Shown here piece by piece: positions 35,976 through 45,549 of a stretch of 62,330 bases of DNA; within the stretch, counting starts at the first letter, position 1; each line of letters opens with the position of its first letter. This DNA is from an uncultured Roseicyclus sp. (GTDB taxonomy: Bacteria > Pseudomonadota > Alphaproteobacteria > Rhodobacterales > Rhodobacteraceae). The stretch is taken from contig CAZVQL010000001.1 of NCBI GenBank assembly GCA_964629305.1, forward strand, positions 1 through 62,330, written 5' to 3'. Both the position numbers and the translations under genes were made by a program. The notes under the pieces were generated by a model. It was not told the origin of the DNA, did no database searches, and saw only the letters and a list, made by a program, of their open reading frames with translations.

Positions 35976-37508
35976 ATGACCGAGGCCGAGATCCCGCGCC
36001 TAAGAATGCAGGCGATCCGAAAGAGCTTCGGTCAGGCCCGCGTTCTGGACGACGTCGCATTCCACGCAAAGCCCGGCGAGATCGTGGCGCTGCTGGGCTC
36101 GAACGGGGCCGGGAAATCCACGCTGATGAAGATCCTCACCGGCGTCTATACCCGCGACGGCGGCGATATCGAGGTGAACGGCACCCCGGTCGAGATGGCA
36201 TCGCCCCGCGACGCGCTGCGTCTGGGCATCACCTTTTTGCCGCAGGAAATCTCGGTCTTTCCGGAATTGAGCGTGGCCGAGAACGTGTGCCTGTCCGGGC
36301 AGGGGGGCGGCAGGGTCGATTGGGCCGGGATGGCGGTCCGAGCCGGGCGCGTGCTGGACGAGCTTGGCTTTGGCCATATCCGCCCCGACATGCGCGTGGG
36401 CGACCTGGGCGTCGCTGAGCAACGCATCGTCGAAATTGCCCGCGCGCTGGAAGGCGAGGCGGATATCCTTGTGATGGACGAGCCGACCGCCGCGTTGTCC
36501 GAGCAGGAGAGCGAGCAGATCTTCGAAATCCTGCACCGCCTCAAGGCGCGGGGCACCGCGGTGGTCTACATCTCGCATTACCTCAACGAGGTGTTTCGCA
36601 TCGCCGACCGTATCGTCGTGCTGCGCGACGGGCGCAACGCGGGCGAATTCAGCCCGACCGCGACCGACGTGGCCGAGGTCGTCGCGGCCATGCTGGGGCA
36701 GGCGGCGGGGCACCTGTTCGAGGATCGCCCGCCGCTGCCGCCCGATGCTGCGGTTTTGTTCAGCGCGCGCGGCCTGCAGCTGCCGGTACGGATTGCGGAT
36801 GTGTCCTTTGACCTGCGGCAGGGCGAGATCCTGGGCATTTTCGGGCTGATCGGATCGGGCGTCGAGGTTCTGGGCCGCATGCTCTTCGGGGTCGAGGGAC
36901 GGCTGCCCGGCGGAGCGATGACGCTTGCGGGCGCGCCCTATGCCCCCGCCTCGCCCCGCGCGGCGCGGGATGCCGGCGTGGGCTTTGTCACCGCCGAGCG
37001 CAAGACCGACGGCATCCTTGCCGACCTGTCGGTCGCGCAGAACCTTGTCGCGCCGTTCCAGGGCGATTTCGGGCGCGGCGCCTTCCTTGCCCCCGAGCGC
37101 GAGCGCGCCCATGCCGCCGATTGGATCGCGCGCATCGGCATCCGCACCTCGGGGCCGGATCAGCCGATCCGCCTGTTGTCGGGGGGCAACCAGCAAAAGG
37201 TCTGCGTCGCACGCTGGCTGAACCCCAAGGTGCGCATGCTGATCCTGGAGGAGCCCACGCGCGGTGTCGATGTCGGCGCGCGGCGCGAGCTCTACGGCCA
37301 CCTCGCCGCGTTCGCGCGCGAGGGGCTGGCCATCCTCGTCCTGTCCTCGGACGTGGAGGAGGTGGCGGGCCTGAGCGACCGGTCGCTCGTCATAGACCGC
37401 GGCCGCATCACCGCGGAATTCGCCCGTGGCGCCACGGCGGCCGACCTGATGGGGTCGGTCGCGGGCGATCACGCAACCCCGATGAAAAAAGAACAGGTCA
37501 GCCCATGA
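35976..37508 (+). CDS. Sugar ABC transporter ATP-binding protein (tandem ATPase, RbsA-like)
   Basis: GSNGAGKST, MDEPT, LSGGNQQKV, EEPTRGVDVGA. Confidence 0.93.
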   Translation: MTEAEIPRLRMQAIRKSFGQARVLDDVAFHAKPGEIVALLGSNGAGKSTLMKILTGVYTRDGGDIEVNGTPVEMASPRDALRLGITFLPQEISVFPELSVAENVCLSGQGGGRVDWAGMAVRAGRVLDELGFGHIRPDMRVGDLGVAEQRIVEIARALEGEADILVMDEPTAALSEQESEQIFEILHRLKARGTAVVYISHYLNEVFRIADRIVVLRDGRNAGEFSPTATDVAEVVAAMLGQAAGHLFEDRPPLPPDAAVLFSARGLQLPVRIADVSFDLRQGEILGIFGLIGSGVEVLGRMLFGVEGRLPGGAMTLAGAPYAPASPRAARDAGVGFVTAERKTDGILADLSVAQNLVAPFQGDFGRGAFLAPERERAHAADWIARIGIRTSGPDQPIRLLSGGNQQKVCVARWLNPKVRMLILEEPTRGVDVGARRELYGHLAAFAREGLAILVLSSDVEEVAGLSDRSLVIDRGRITAEFARGATAADLMGSVAGDHATPMKKEQVSP

Positions 37509-38482
37509 GCGACAGCACAGCCCGAGACAGTCTTTTCAAACGCCTCTTCTCGGGGTCGGGTGTCGGCACGACGGTGCTGATCCTGCTTGTCTTCTACGTG
37601 ATCCTGATCGTCGTCTTCTCGGTCCTTTCGCCGTTCTTCTTCACGATGCGCAACATGATGTCGATCGGCTCGAACGTGGCGCTGATCGGGCTGATGGCGG
37701 CGGCGGGCACGCCCCTGATCATCGCGGGGGGGCTCGACCTGTCGGTCGCGGCCGTCGCCGGGCTGACGGGCGTGCTGATCGCGCTGATGTATGCCGCGGG
37801 CATCCCGATCTGGATCGCGGTGCTGCTTGCGGTGGGCATCGCCGCGCTGATCGGGCTGGTGAACGGGCTCCTGGCGACATTCTTGCGCCTCAACCCGCTG
37901 ATCGTGACGCTGGCGACCATGTCGATCGTCACCGGTGTCTCGCTGATCCTGACGGGCGGTCTGACCCGGCCCTTGCTGGTCGATGGGTTCAACTGGCTGG
38001 GACAGGGGCGCGTTCTGGGCGTGCCGGTGCCCGCGCTGCTGATGCTGGCGGTTTATGTCGCGCTCTACATCGTGATGCAGAAGACGCATTTCGGCCGCTA
38101 CGCCTATGCCGTCGGCGGCAACCCCGAGGCGAGCCGCCTGATCGGCCTTCCGGTCAACCGCACGCAGATCACCCTTTACGTCGTCTCGGCCATGTCTGGC
38201 GCGCTGGCCGGCACGATGCTGGCCGCGATGCTGGGGGCGGCCGCGCCGAATGCCGCGGGGCCGCACCTGTTGACGGTGATCGCGGCGATCATCCTCGGCG
38301 GCACCTCGCTGCAGGGCGGGCGCGGGTCCGTCTGGGGCACGCTTGTGGCGGTGATGATCCTCGGCACGCTCAACAACGGGCTGACGCTGATGAACGTGTC
38401 GAGCTTCTGGCAGGACGTAACACGCGGTGTCGTCCTGATCCTTGCCGTGGGCTTCGACGGGCTAAGGCAGCGGATGGGCTGA
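37505..38482 (+). CDS. Sugar ABC transporter permease (RbsC-like)
   Basis: GGLDLSV, GRYAYAVGGNPEASRLIG, IAAIILGGTSLQGGRGS. Confidence 0.92.
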   Translation: MSDSTARDSLFKRLFSGSGVGTTVLILLVFYVILIVVFSVLSPFFFTMRNMMSIGSNVALIGLMAAAGTPLIIAGGLDLSVAAVAGLTGVLIALMYAAGIPIWIAVLLAVGIAALIGLVNGLLATFLRLNPLIVTLATMSIVTGVSLILTGGLTRPLLVDGFNWLGQGRVLGVPVPALLMLAVYVALYIVMQKTHFGRYAYAVGGNPEASRLIGLPVNRTQITLYVVSAMSGALAGTMLAAMLGAAAPNAAGPHLLTVIAAIILGGTSLQGGRGSVWGTLVAVMILGTLNNGLTLMNVSSFWQDVTRGVVLILAVGFDGLRQRMG

Positions 38483-38501
38483 GGCAGTGGATGGGCTGAG
38501 G
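38465..38501 (+). repeat. 17-bp tandem duplication of the permease 3' end
   Basis: AGGCAGCGGATGGGCTG then AGGCAGTGGATGGGCTG then AGG; one mismatch. Confidence 0.7.
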
Positions 38502-38503
38502 GC

Positions 38504-39778
38504 TCAGACGATCCCGCTGGAGCCTGGCGCCACGGCGGGGCGTTCTGCCGCCACCTGCGCGCGGTAGCCCGCGGCGCGGAAGGTGGCAACCGGGTCGACC
38601 GCCCCGCCTGAGCGCAGGCGCGCCATTGCGAGGATCGGCTCCACATCCGTGCGGAACCCCGCCTTGAGCGTTGCGGCGGCCATCAGCGCATCGTTTTCGT
38701 CCTGGAACCCGGCGAGTGCGGCACGGTCCACCAAGAGCGCCTGCGCGTAGGCGCGGCAGACCTCCATCGCCGAGGACATCAGGCTTTCGATCGGGTCGGT
38801 CACGTTGTGGGACTGGTCCAGCATGTGGGCGGGGGAAAACCCCGGCGTCCCCTCGGCCGCGACCAGTTCGTTGAAGACGAGGAACAGGCGGAACGGGTCG
38901 ATGGAACCGGTGTCGAGATCGTCGTCGCCGTATTTCGAGTCGTTGAAGTGGAAGCCGCCCAGCTTGCCGAAGCGGATCAGGCGGGCGACGATCATCTCGA
39001 TGTTCACGTTGGGCGCATGGTGGCCCAGATCGACAAGACAGAAGGCGCGCTCGCCCAGTTCCCGCGCGATCAGGTAGTTGGTGCCCCAATCCTGCACGAC
39101 CGTGGAATAGAATGCGGGCTCGTACATCTTGTGTTCGGTGAAAAGCCGCCAGTCGGCGGGCAGGCCCGCGTAGATATCCTTCATCGCGTCGAGGTAGCGA
39201 TCGAACTGGCGCGACAGGTCGGTCTGGCCGGGAAAGTTCGAGCCGTCGCCGATCCAGACGGTCAGGGCCTTCGAGCCGATTGCCTGACCGATCTCGATGC
39301 ATTCGAGGTTGTGCTCGACCGCTTGCTGGCGCGTGGCCGGATCGGTATGGCTGAGCGAGCCGAACTTGTAGCTCTGCGCCTGTCCCGGCTGGTCCTGGAA
39401 GGTGTTTGAATTCATCGCGTCGAAGCCGAGGCCGACCTCTTTGGCCTTGGCCTTCAGGTCGGCGGGCGGCGCCTTATCCCACGGGATGTGCAGCGAGACC
39501 GAGGGTGTCGCGCGTGTCAGCTGGTGGATCACGCCGCAATCGTCGAGCTTGTCGAAGACATCGCGCGGCTCGCCTGGGCCGGGAAAGCGGGCAAAGCGCG
39601 TGCCGCCGGTGCCCACACCCCAGGACGGGACCGCGACGCCATAGGCCGCGACCTTGGCCGTCACGGCCTCGATATCCACGCCGCGCCGGGCAAGTGCCGC
39701 ACCGAGCGCGTCATAGTCTTCCTGCAGCGCCGTCATGCGTGCAGCGTTCTGCGCTTCGATCACCGATCCGTCGATCAT
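38504..39778 (-). CDS. rhaI: L-rhamnose isomerase (RhaI type)
   Basis: PSWGVGTGGTRFARF, EHKMYEPAFYST, DLGHHAP, HFNDSKYGDDDL, DQSHNVTDPIE. Confidence 0.93.
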   Translation of the reverse strand: MIDGSVIEAQNAARMTALQEDYDALGAALARRGVDIEAVTAKVAAYGVAVPSWGVGTGGTRFARFPGPGEPRDVFDKLDDCGVIHQLTRATPSVSLHIPWDKAPPADLKAKAKEVGLGFDAMNSNTFQDQPGQAQSYKFGSLSHTDPATRQQAVEHNLECIEIGQAIGSKALTVWIGDGSNFPGQTDLSRQFDRYLDAMKDIYAGLPADWRLFTEHKMYEPAFYSTVVQDWGTNYLIARELGERAFCLVDLGHHAPNVNIEMIVARLIRFGKLGGFHFNDSKYGDDDLDTGSIDPFRLFLVFNELVAAEGTPGFSPAHMLDQSHNVTDPIESLMSSAMEVCRAYAQALLVDRAALAGFQDENDALMAAATLKAGFRTDVEPILAMARLRSGGAVDPVATFRAAGYRAQVAAERPAVAPGSSGIV

Positions 39779-39798
39779 GTCCGTCTCCCCTCGGTCAT

Positions 39799-41901
39799 TC
39801 AGCGCGTGAAGGCCTGCACGTTACCGGCATCGACGTTGACGATGTTGCCGGTCGATTTGGCGGATTGGTCCGAGGCGAAGAAATAGCAGGCCTCGGCGAT
39901 GTCCTCGGGAAAGACCGAGCGTTTCAGAAGCGAGCGCTGGCGGTACATCTCTTCCAGCCCCTCCTTGTCGGTCTTGTAGGTGTCTGCGCGCTGTTCCAGC
40001 CATTCGCCCGACCAGATGCGCGAGCCGCGCAGCACTGCGTCGGGGTTCACCACGTTGACGCGGATGCCCGCCTCGGCCCCTTCGAGGGCAAGGCAGCGGG
40101 CAAGGTGGATCTCGGCGGCCTTGGCCGTGCAATAGGCCGAGGCGTTGGGCGAGGCGGCGAGCCCGTTCTTGGAGGCGACGAAAACGATGGAGCCGCCGAT
40201 GCCTTGCGCGCGCATCAGGCGGAACGCCTCGCGGCTGACAAGGAAGTAGCCGGTCGACAGGATATCCATGTTGCGGTTCCACAGCGCCAGCGTGGTGTCC
40301 TCGACCGGGGCGGAGGAGGCGATGCCAGCGTTCGACACAAGGATGTCGATGCCGCCAAACTCGACGGCCGCGCGCGCGTACCCCGCCGCGACGGTCGCCT
40401 CGTCGGTCACGTCCATCACCACGCTGCGCACCACGTCGCGGCCATGGGCCTGGGCCAGGCTGTCTTCGACGCCCTTCAGCGCGTCACCGTCGATGTCCGA
40501 CAACACCACGCAGGCCCCTTCGGCAAGGTAGCGCGCGGCGGTTGCCGAGCCGATCCCGCCCGCAGCCCCGGTGACCATCGCGATGCGGCCGGCCAGCGCC
40601 TTGGGCTTGGGCATGCGTTGCAGCTTGGCCTCTTCCAGAAGCCAGTATTCGATGTCGAAGGCCTCCTGCTCGGGCAGGCCGACATAGGTGCTGACCGAGG
40701 ATGCGCCCCGCATCACGTTGATCGCGTTGGTGTAGAACTCGCCCGAGATGCGGGCCGTGGCCTTGTCACGGGCAAAGGTGATCATCCCCACGCCCGGCAC
40801 GAGATAGACCACCGCGTTGGGGTCGCGGATCGGCGGGCTGTCGGGGCGCTTGCAGCGCTCGTAATAGGCGGCGTAGTCGTCGCGGTAGGCGGCGACCTGT
40901 GCGGCCAGCCCATCGAGCACCGCGTCCACGTCCGGTTTCGCCGGGTCGAAGTCGACCACCAGCGGGCGGATCTTGGTGCGCAGGAAATGGTCGGGGCACG
41001 ATGTGCCAAGGGCTGCCAGCGCGGGCATGTCCTTGGCGTTGACGAATTCCAGCACCGCGTCGCTGTCGTCGAAATGGCCGACCATGTGCTGATTGCCCGA
41101 TACGAAGCCGCGGATCGCGGGCATCAGGCGGGCGGCCACGGCGGCGCGCTCGGCCGCGGGCAGGCTTTTGTGCTTCCCGCCGCCGAAGGCCGCCACATCG
41201 GCGGTGCGGTCCTCGAACCAGTCCATTGCGCGCTGGATCACGCGAAGCGTCAGCTCGTAGCAGGTCTTGGCGTCGTCATCCCAGGTGAACAGCCCGTGCG
41301 ATTCCAGCACGACGCCTTTGGCATTGGGATTCTCCAGGCAGAATTTCTCAAGCCACAGGCCCAGCTCGTAGCCCGGCCGTTTCCACGGCAGCCAGCCGAT
41401 CTCGTCGCCGAAGATCTCGGCGGTCAGCGCGCGTGAGTTTTCGGACGCTGCGATGGCGATGATCGCATCGGGGTGCATGTGGTCGACGTGTTTCTTCGGC
41501 ACATAGGCGTGCAGCGGCGTGTCGATGGACGCGGCGCGCGCGTTCAGGTTGAAGGTGCAATGCGGCAGGTAGCCGACCATCTCGTCTTCATGATCGGGCC
41601 CGCGATAGAGGCCCTTCAGAGCCTGCAGCTTGTCCATGTAGAGCGTCGCGAATCCATCGAGCTTGATCGACCCCACGTCGCCGCCCGAGCCCTTGACCCA
41701 CAACACCTCGACCGTGTCGCCGGTGAGGGGGTCGGTCTCCATCACCTTGGCCGAGGTGTTGCCGCCGCCGTAATTGGTGATGCGCTTGTCCGCGCCAAGC
41801 AGGTTGGACCGGTAGAGGAGTTTCTCCGGCTCGGACATGGTGCGCGCCTTCGCGTCATCCCACGCATTGGCGAGCCGCCGGGTGCCGGTTTGTTCAAGCA
41901 T
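39799..41901 (-). CDS. rhaD: Bifunctional rhamnulose-1-phosphate aldolase / short-chain dehydrogenase
   Basis: NYGGGNTSAK, SIDTPLH, GTSCPDHFLRTK, IEYWLLEEAKL; SDR TGAAGGIG and YCTAK. Confidence 0.93.
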   Translation of the reverse strand: MLEQTGTRRLANAWDDAKARTMSEPEKLLYRSNLLGADKRITNYGGGNTSAKVMETDPLTGDTVEVLWVKGSGGDVGSIKLDGFATLYMDKLQALKGLYRGPDHEDEMVGYLPHCTFNLNARAASIDTPLHAYVPKKHVDHMHPDAIIAIAASENSRALTAEIFGDEIGWLPWKRPGYELGLWLEKFCLENPNAKGVVLESHGLFTWDDDAKTCYELTLRVIQRAMDWFEDRTADVAAFGGGKHKSLPAAERAAVAARLMPAIRGFVSGNQHMVGHFDDSDAVLEFVNAKDMPALAALGTSCPDHFLRTKIRPLVVDFDPAKPDVDAVLDGLAAQVAAYRDDYAAYYERCKRPDSPPIRDPNAVVYLVPGVGMITFARDKATARISGEFYTNAINVMRGASSVSTYVGLPEQEAFDIEYWLLEEAKLQRMPKPKALAGRIAMVTGAAGGIGSATAARYLAEGACVVLSDIDGDALKGVEDSLAQAHGRDVVRSVVMDVTDEATVAAGYARAAVEFGGIDILVSNAGIASSAPVEDTTLALWNRNMDILSTGYFLVSREAFRLMRAQGIGGSIVFVASKNGLAASPNASAYCTAKAAEIHLARCLALEGAEAGIRVNVVNPDAVLRGSRIWSGEWLEQRADTYKTDKEGLEEMYRQRSLLKRSVFPEDIAEACYFFASDQSAKSTGNIVNVDAGNVQAFTR

Positions 41902-41971
41902 GAGATCCTCCCTGATCCGCTGCACGCCGAAGCGCGTTCGCCTTTGTTGTGTGGCAACCGGAACGGGAAAG

Positions 41972-42040
41972 TCAATCAGGAACAGTCAAGGCCAATCATT
42001 CTGCGACGCAGCATGATTGAACATGATTGAAACTGATTGA
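41972..42040. promoter_or_regulatory. Putative RhaR (DeoR) operator array: phased TGATTG(A) repeats
   Basis: CAATCA at 41973 and 41993; TGATTGA at 42014, 42024 and 42034. Confidence 0.65.
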
Positions 42041-42083
42041 CAGCTCGCCCGAATCTGAACAACGTCGATGAAGGGAGGACGGT

Positions 42084-42890
42084 ATGCACGAGAAAGAACG
42101 CCATGGTGTGATCCTGTCCGCGGTGCAGGAGCGGCCGGTCGCCACCGTCGCGGACCTCTGCGAGTTGACGGGTGCTTCCGAAGCCACCGTGCGGCGCGAC
42201 ATCGCCACGCTTCATGTGCAAAAGAAACTGCGTCGCGTCCGTGGCGGGGCGGAGGCGATTGCGCCTCCGCAATTCGTGGGCCTTGCCGGCCGCCCGTTCT
42301 CGGTCAACGCGACCATGCGCATCCGCGAAAAGCAGGCCATTGCAAAGGCCGCCGTCGCGCTGTGCGAAGATGGCGATCCGATCATCATCAACGGCGGCAC
42401 GACCACCTTCCAGATGGTGCACCCGCTGGCGTCGCGCCGGATGCAGGTCTTCACCAATTCCTTTCCCATCGCGGAGCACCTGCTCAAGCATTCGCGCAAC
42501 ACGGTGATGCTGTCGGGGGGCACGATCTACCGCGAACAGAACATCATCCTGTCGCCCTTCGACAATGACGTGACGCGCAACTTCTACGCCAAGCGCATGT
42601 TCATGGGCGCGCAGGGCATCGGGCCGCTTGGTCTGATGGAGGCCGATCCGCTGATCATCCAGGCCGAACAGAAGCTGATGGGGCAGGCGGACGAGCTGGT
42701 GGTGTTGGTCGACAGTTCCAAGTTCCAGAACCGGTCAAGCCTCGTGCTTTGCCCGCTGGCGCAGATCGACGTCATCATCACCGACGAAGGAATGTCCGAC
42801 AAGGCGGCCGCGATGCTGGAGGCATCGGGCGTCAGGCTCGTGATCGCCCCGATAGGGGCGGCCGAGTCGAAGGAGGGCGCGGCGTCCTGA
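42084..42890 (+). CDS. rhaR: DeoR/GlpR family regulator of rhamnose catabolism
   Basis: ASEATVRRDI HTH, RVRGGA, INGGTTT, DSSKF. Confidence 0.9.
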   Translation: MHEKERHGVILSAVQERPVATVADLCELTGASEATVRRDIATLHVQKKLRRVRGGAEAIAPPQFVGLAGRPFSVNATMRIREKQAIAKAAVALCEDGDPIIINGGTTTFQMVHPLASRRMQVFTNSFPIAEHLLKHSRNTVMLSGGTIYREQNIILSPFDNDVTRNFYAKRMFMGAQGIGPLGLMEADPLIIQAEQKLMGQADELVVLVDSSKFQNRSSLVLCPLAQIDVIITDEGMSDKAAAMLEASGVRLVIAPIGAAESKEGAAS

Positions 42891-42936
42891 GTTGTTTCAC
42901 GCCGTCAATCACGATCACGCAAGGGAGGATACCGAA

Positions 42937-43932
42937 GTGAACGTATCAAGAAGACTGTTCGCGGCGCTTGCCGCATCCGTCGCTTTCACCGGACCGGTGA
43001 TGGCACAAGATGACACGATCCAGATTGCCCTGGTGGTCAAGGCCCTGGGCATCGGCTTTTTCGAAGCCGCCCACGAGGGCGCGATGGAAGCCGCGGAAGA
43101 GCTTGGCAATGTCGAGATCATCTACACCGGCCCCACCTCGACCACCGCCGAAGGCCAGATCGAGGTGATCAACTCGCTGATCGCGCAGGGTGTCGATGCC
43201 ATCGCGGTCTCTGCCAATGACCCCGACGCGCTGGTGCCGGTCCTTCAGCGCGCCATGCAGCGCGGCATCGCCGTGATGTCCTTCGACTCCGGCGTGGCCG
43301 AGGAAGGGCGGATGATGCACCTCGCGCCGTCCTCGGACGCGCTGATCGGGCGCACGATCATCCAGCTGGCCGCCGATCACCTGCCCGATGGCGGTCAGGT
43401 CGCGGTGCTGTCGGCGACCGCCACCTCGACGAACCAGAACACCTGGATCGCCGAGATGGAGGCCGTGATGGGCGACTACCCGAACATCGAGGTGGTGGCG
43501 ACCGTCTACGGTGATGACCTGGCCGACCGGTCCTATCGTGAGGCCGTCGGCCTGATGCAGACCTATCCCGACCTCGACGCGATCATCGCACCGACCTCGG
43601 TCGGGATCGTCGCCGCGGCGCAGGCCGTCGTCGACCAGGGCCGCGTGGGGCAGGTGAATGTCACGGGCCTTGGCCTGCCGTCGGAAATGGCCGGTGCCAT
43701 CGAAAGCGGCGCAAGCCAGAGCTTCGCGATCTGGAACCCGATCGACCTGGGCTATGCGGCCGCGATGCTGTCGCACCAGCTGGCGACCGGGGCCGCGGTT
43801 GCCGAGCCGGGCGCGTCGATCCCGATGGGCCGCATGGGCGAGGTGCAGCTGGACGACACCAATTCCGGCGCGATGGCCGAGCCGTTCACCTATGACGCCT
43901 CGAACATCGAGCAGTTCCGCGAGATCTTCTGA
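42937..43932 (+). CDS. rhaS: Rhamnose ABC transporter substrate-binding protein
   Basis: VKALGIGFFEA, TAEGQIEVINSLIAQGVDAI, TNQNTWI, IWNPIDLGY. GGGAGG precedes GTG. Confidence 0.9.
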   Translation: MNVSRRLFAALAASVAFTGPVMAQDDTIQIALVVKALGIGFFEAAHEGAMEAAEELGNVEIIYTGPTSTTAEGQIEVINSLIAQGVDAIAVSANDPDALVPVLQRAMQRGIAVMSFDSGVAEEGRMMHLAPSSDALIGRTIIQLAADHLPDGGQVAVLSATATSTNQNTWIAEMEAVMGDYPNIEVVATVYGDDLADRSYREAVGLMQTYPDLDAIIAPTSVGIVAAAQAVVDQGRVGQVNVTGLGLPSEMAGAIESGASQSFAIWNPIDLGYAAAMLSHQLATGAAVAEPGASIPMGRMGEVQLDDTNSGAMAEPFTYDASNIEQFREIF

Positions 43933-43950
43933 TCGCGTGATCTGAAAAGA

Positions 43951-43976
43951 CCGGCGCGCCCTTTTGGGCGTGCCGG
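43951..43976 (+). terminator. Intercistronic stem-loop after rhaS
   Basis: CCGGCGCGCCC-TTTT-GGGCGTGCCGG; no T-tail, so more likely an mRNA stabiliser. Confidence 0.45.
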
Positions 43977-44007
43977 ACCATTCCCCGAGCGACGGACAGC
44001 GCCCCAG

Positions 44008-45549
44008 ATGCAGCAGCTTGCCATTGAGCCCGCCGTGACGCCCGACGCGGCGAAGCCGGTTCTGCGCCTGTCGGGCATCAGCAAGTCCTTTCCGGGGGTC
44101 AAGGCGCTCGATGGCGTATCGCTCGAGCTTTTCCCGGGGCAGGTCACCGCGCTGATCGGCGAGAACGGTGCAGGAAAATCCACCATCGTGAAGGTGCTGA
44201 CCGGCATCTACCGCGCCGACGAGGGCCGGATCGAGATCGACGGCGCGCCGGTTCATTTCGCCACCCCGCAAGACGCCACCGCCGCGGGGATCACGGCGAT
44301 CCATCAGGAAACGGTGCTGTTCGACGAGCTGTCGGTGGCCGAGAATATCTTTATCGGCCACGCGCCGCGCGGGCGCTTCGGGCTGATCGACAAGGCCGAG
44401 ATGACACGGCGCGCGCGCGATATCCTCGAGCGGATCGACGCCCCGCTCGACCCCGCGACGCCGCTGAAGGATCTGGGCATCGCCTCCAAGCATCTGGTCG
44501 CCATCGCCCGCGCGCTGTCGGTCGACGCCCGCGTCGTGGTGATGGACGAACCGACCGCCGCCCTGTCGCAAAAGGAGATCGAGGAGCTTTACGAGCTGGT
44601 CGAGCGCCTGAAATCCGAGGGGCGGGCGATCTTGTTCATCAGCCACAAGTTCGACGAGATCTTCCGCATCGCCGACCGCTACGCGGTGTTCCGCGACGGT
44701 GCCCATATCGGCGCGGGCCGCATGGCCGACGTGACCGAGGGCGACCTGGTGCAGATGATGGTCGGCCGTGCCGTCGACCAGATCTTTCCCGAGCGCTCGC
44801 ACCAGGCGGGCGACGAGGTTCTGCGGGTCGAGGGCTTTTGCCACCCGACCGAGTTCGACGGGATCAACCTGAGCCTGCGGGCGGGCGAGATCCTGGGCTT
44901 CTACGGGCTTGTCGGGGCAGGGCGGTCGGAACTGATGCAGGCGATTTTCGGCATCACGCGGCCCTCGATGGGCAAGATTCGCGTCGGCGGTGCCGAGGTC
45001 ACGATCCGCTCGCCCTCGGACGCGGTCGCCAATGGCATCGTCTACGTGCCCGAGGATCGCGGGCGGCAGGGCGCGATCCTGGGGTTGCCGATCTTTCAGA
45101 ACGTCACGCTGCCCTCGCTGGGTCAGACCTCGCGCGCGGGGTTCCTGAAACTGGCCGAGGAATTCAACCTTGCCCGGGACTACACGAAGCGTCTCGATCT
45201 GCGCGCGGCGGCGCTCGATCAGGACGTGGGCAACCTCTCGGGTGGCAACCAGCAAAAGGTGGTGATCGCCAAGTGGCTGGCGACCAAGCCAAGGGTCATC
45301 ATCCTCGACGAGCCGACCAAGGGGATCGACATCGGGTCCAAGGCCGCCGTCCACGCCTTCATGGCGGAACTCGCCGCCGAAGGGCTGGCGGTGTTGATGG
45401 TCAGCTCGGAAATCCCCGAGATCATGGGCATGTCCGACCGCGTCATCGTCATGCGCGAGGGGCTGATCGCCGCCGAGCTGTCGGGCGAGGCCTTGACGCC
45501 CGAGGCGCTTGTCCGCCACGCCGCCGGCATCGGAGCGACACGCACATGA
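44008..45549 (+). CDS. rhaT: Rhamnose ABC transporter ATP-binding protein
   Basis: GENGAGKST, LSGGNQQKV, DEPTKGIDIGSK. Confidence 0.9.
   Translation: MQQLAIEPAVTPDAAKPVLRLSGISKSFPGVKALDGVSLELFPGQVTALIGENGAGKSTIVKVLTGIYRADEGRIEIDGAPVHFATPQDATAAGITAIHQETVLFDELSVAENIFIGHAPRGRFGLIDKAEMTRRARDILERIDAPLDPATPLKDLGIASKHLVAIARALSVDARVVVMDEPTAALSQKEIEELYELVERLKSEGRAILFISHKFDEIFRIADRYAVFRDGAHIGAGRMADVTEGDLVQMMVGRAVDQIFPERSHQAGDEVLRVEGFCHPTEFDGINLSLRAGEILGFYGLVGAGRSELMQAIFGITRPSMGKIRVGGAEVTIRSPSDAVANGIVYVPEDRGRQGAILGLPIFQNVTLPSLGQTSRAGFLKLAEEFNLARDYTKRLDLRAAALDQDVGNLSGGNQQKVVIAKWLATKPRVIILDEPTKGIDIGSKAAVHAFMAELAAEGLAVLMVSSEIPEIMGMSDRVIVMREGLIAAELSGEALTPEALVRHAAGIGATRT

Noticed and set aside
42946-45519. 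857-aa minus-strand ORF (similarly 24316..26649, 12400..14595, 39406..41436, 58504..60564)
   Set aside because: Each lies antisense to well-supported genes and shows low-information composition with no recognisable family motif.
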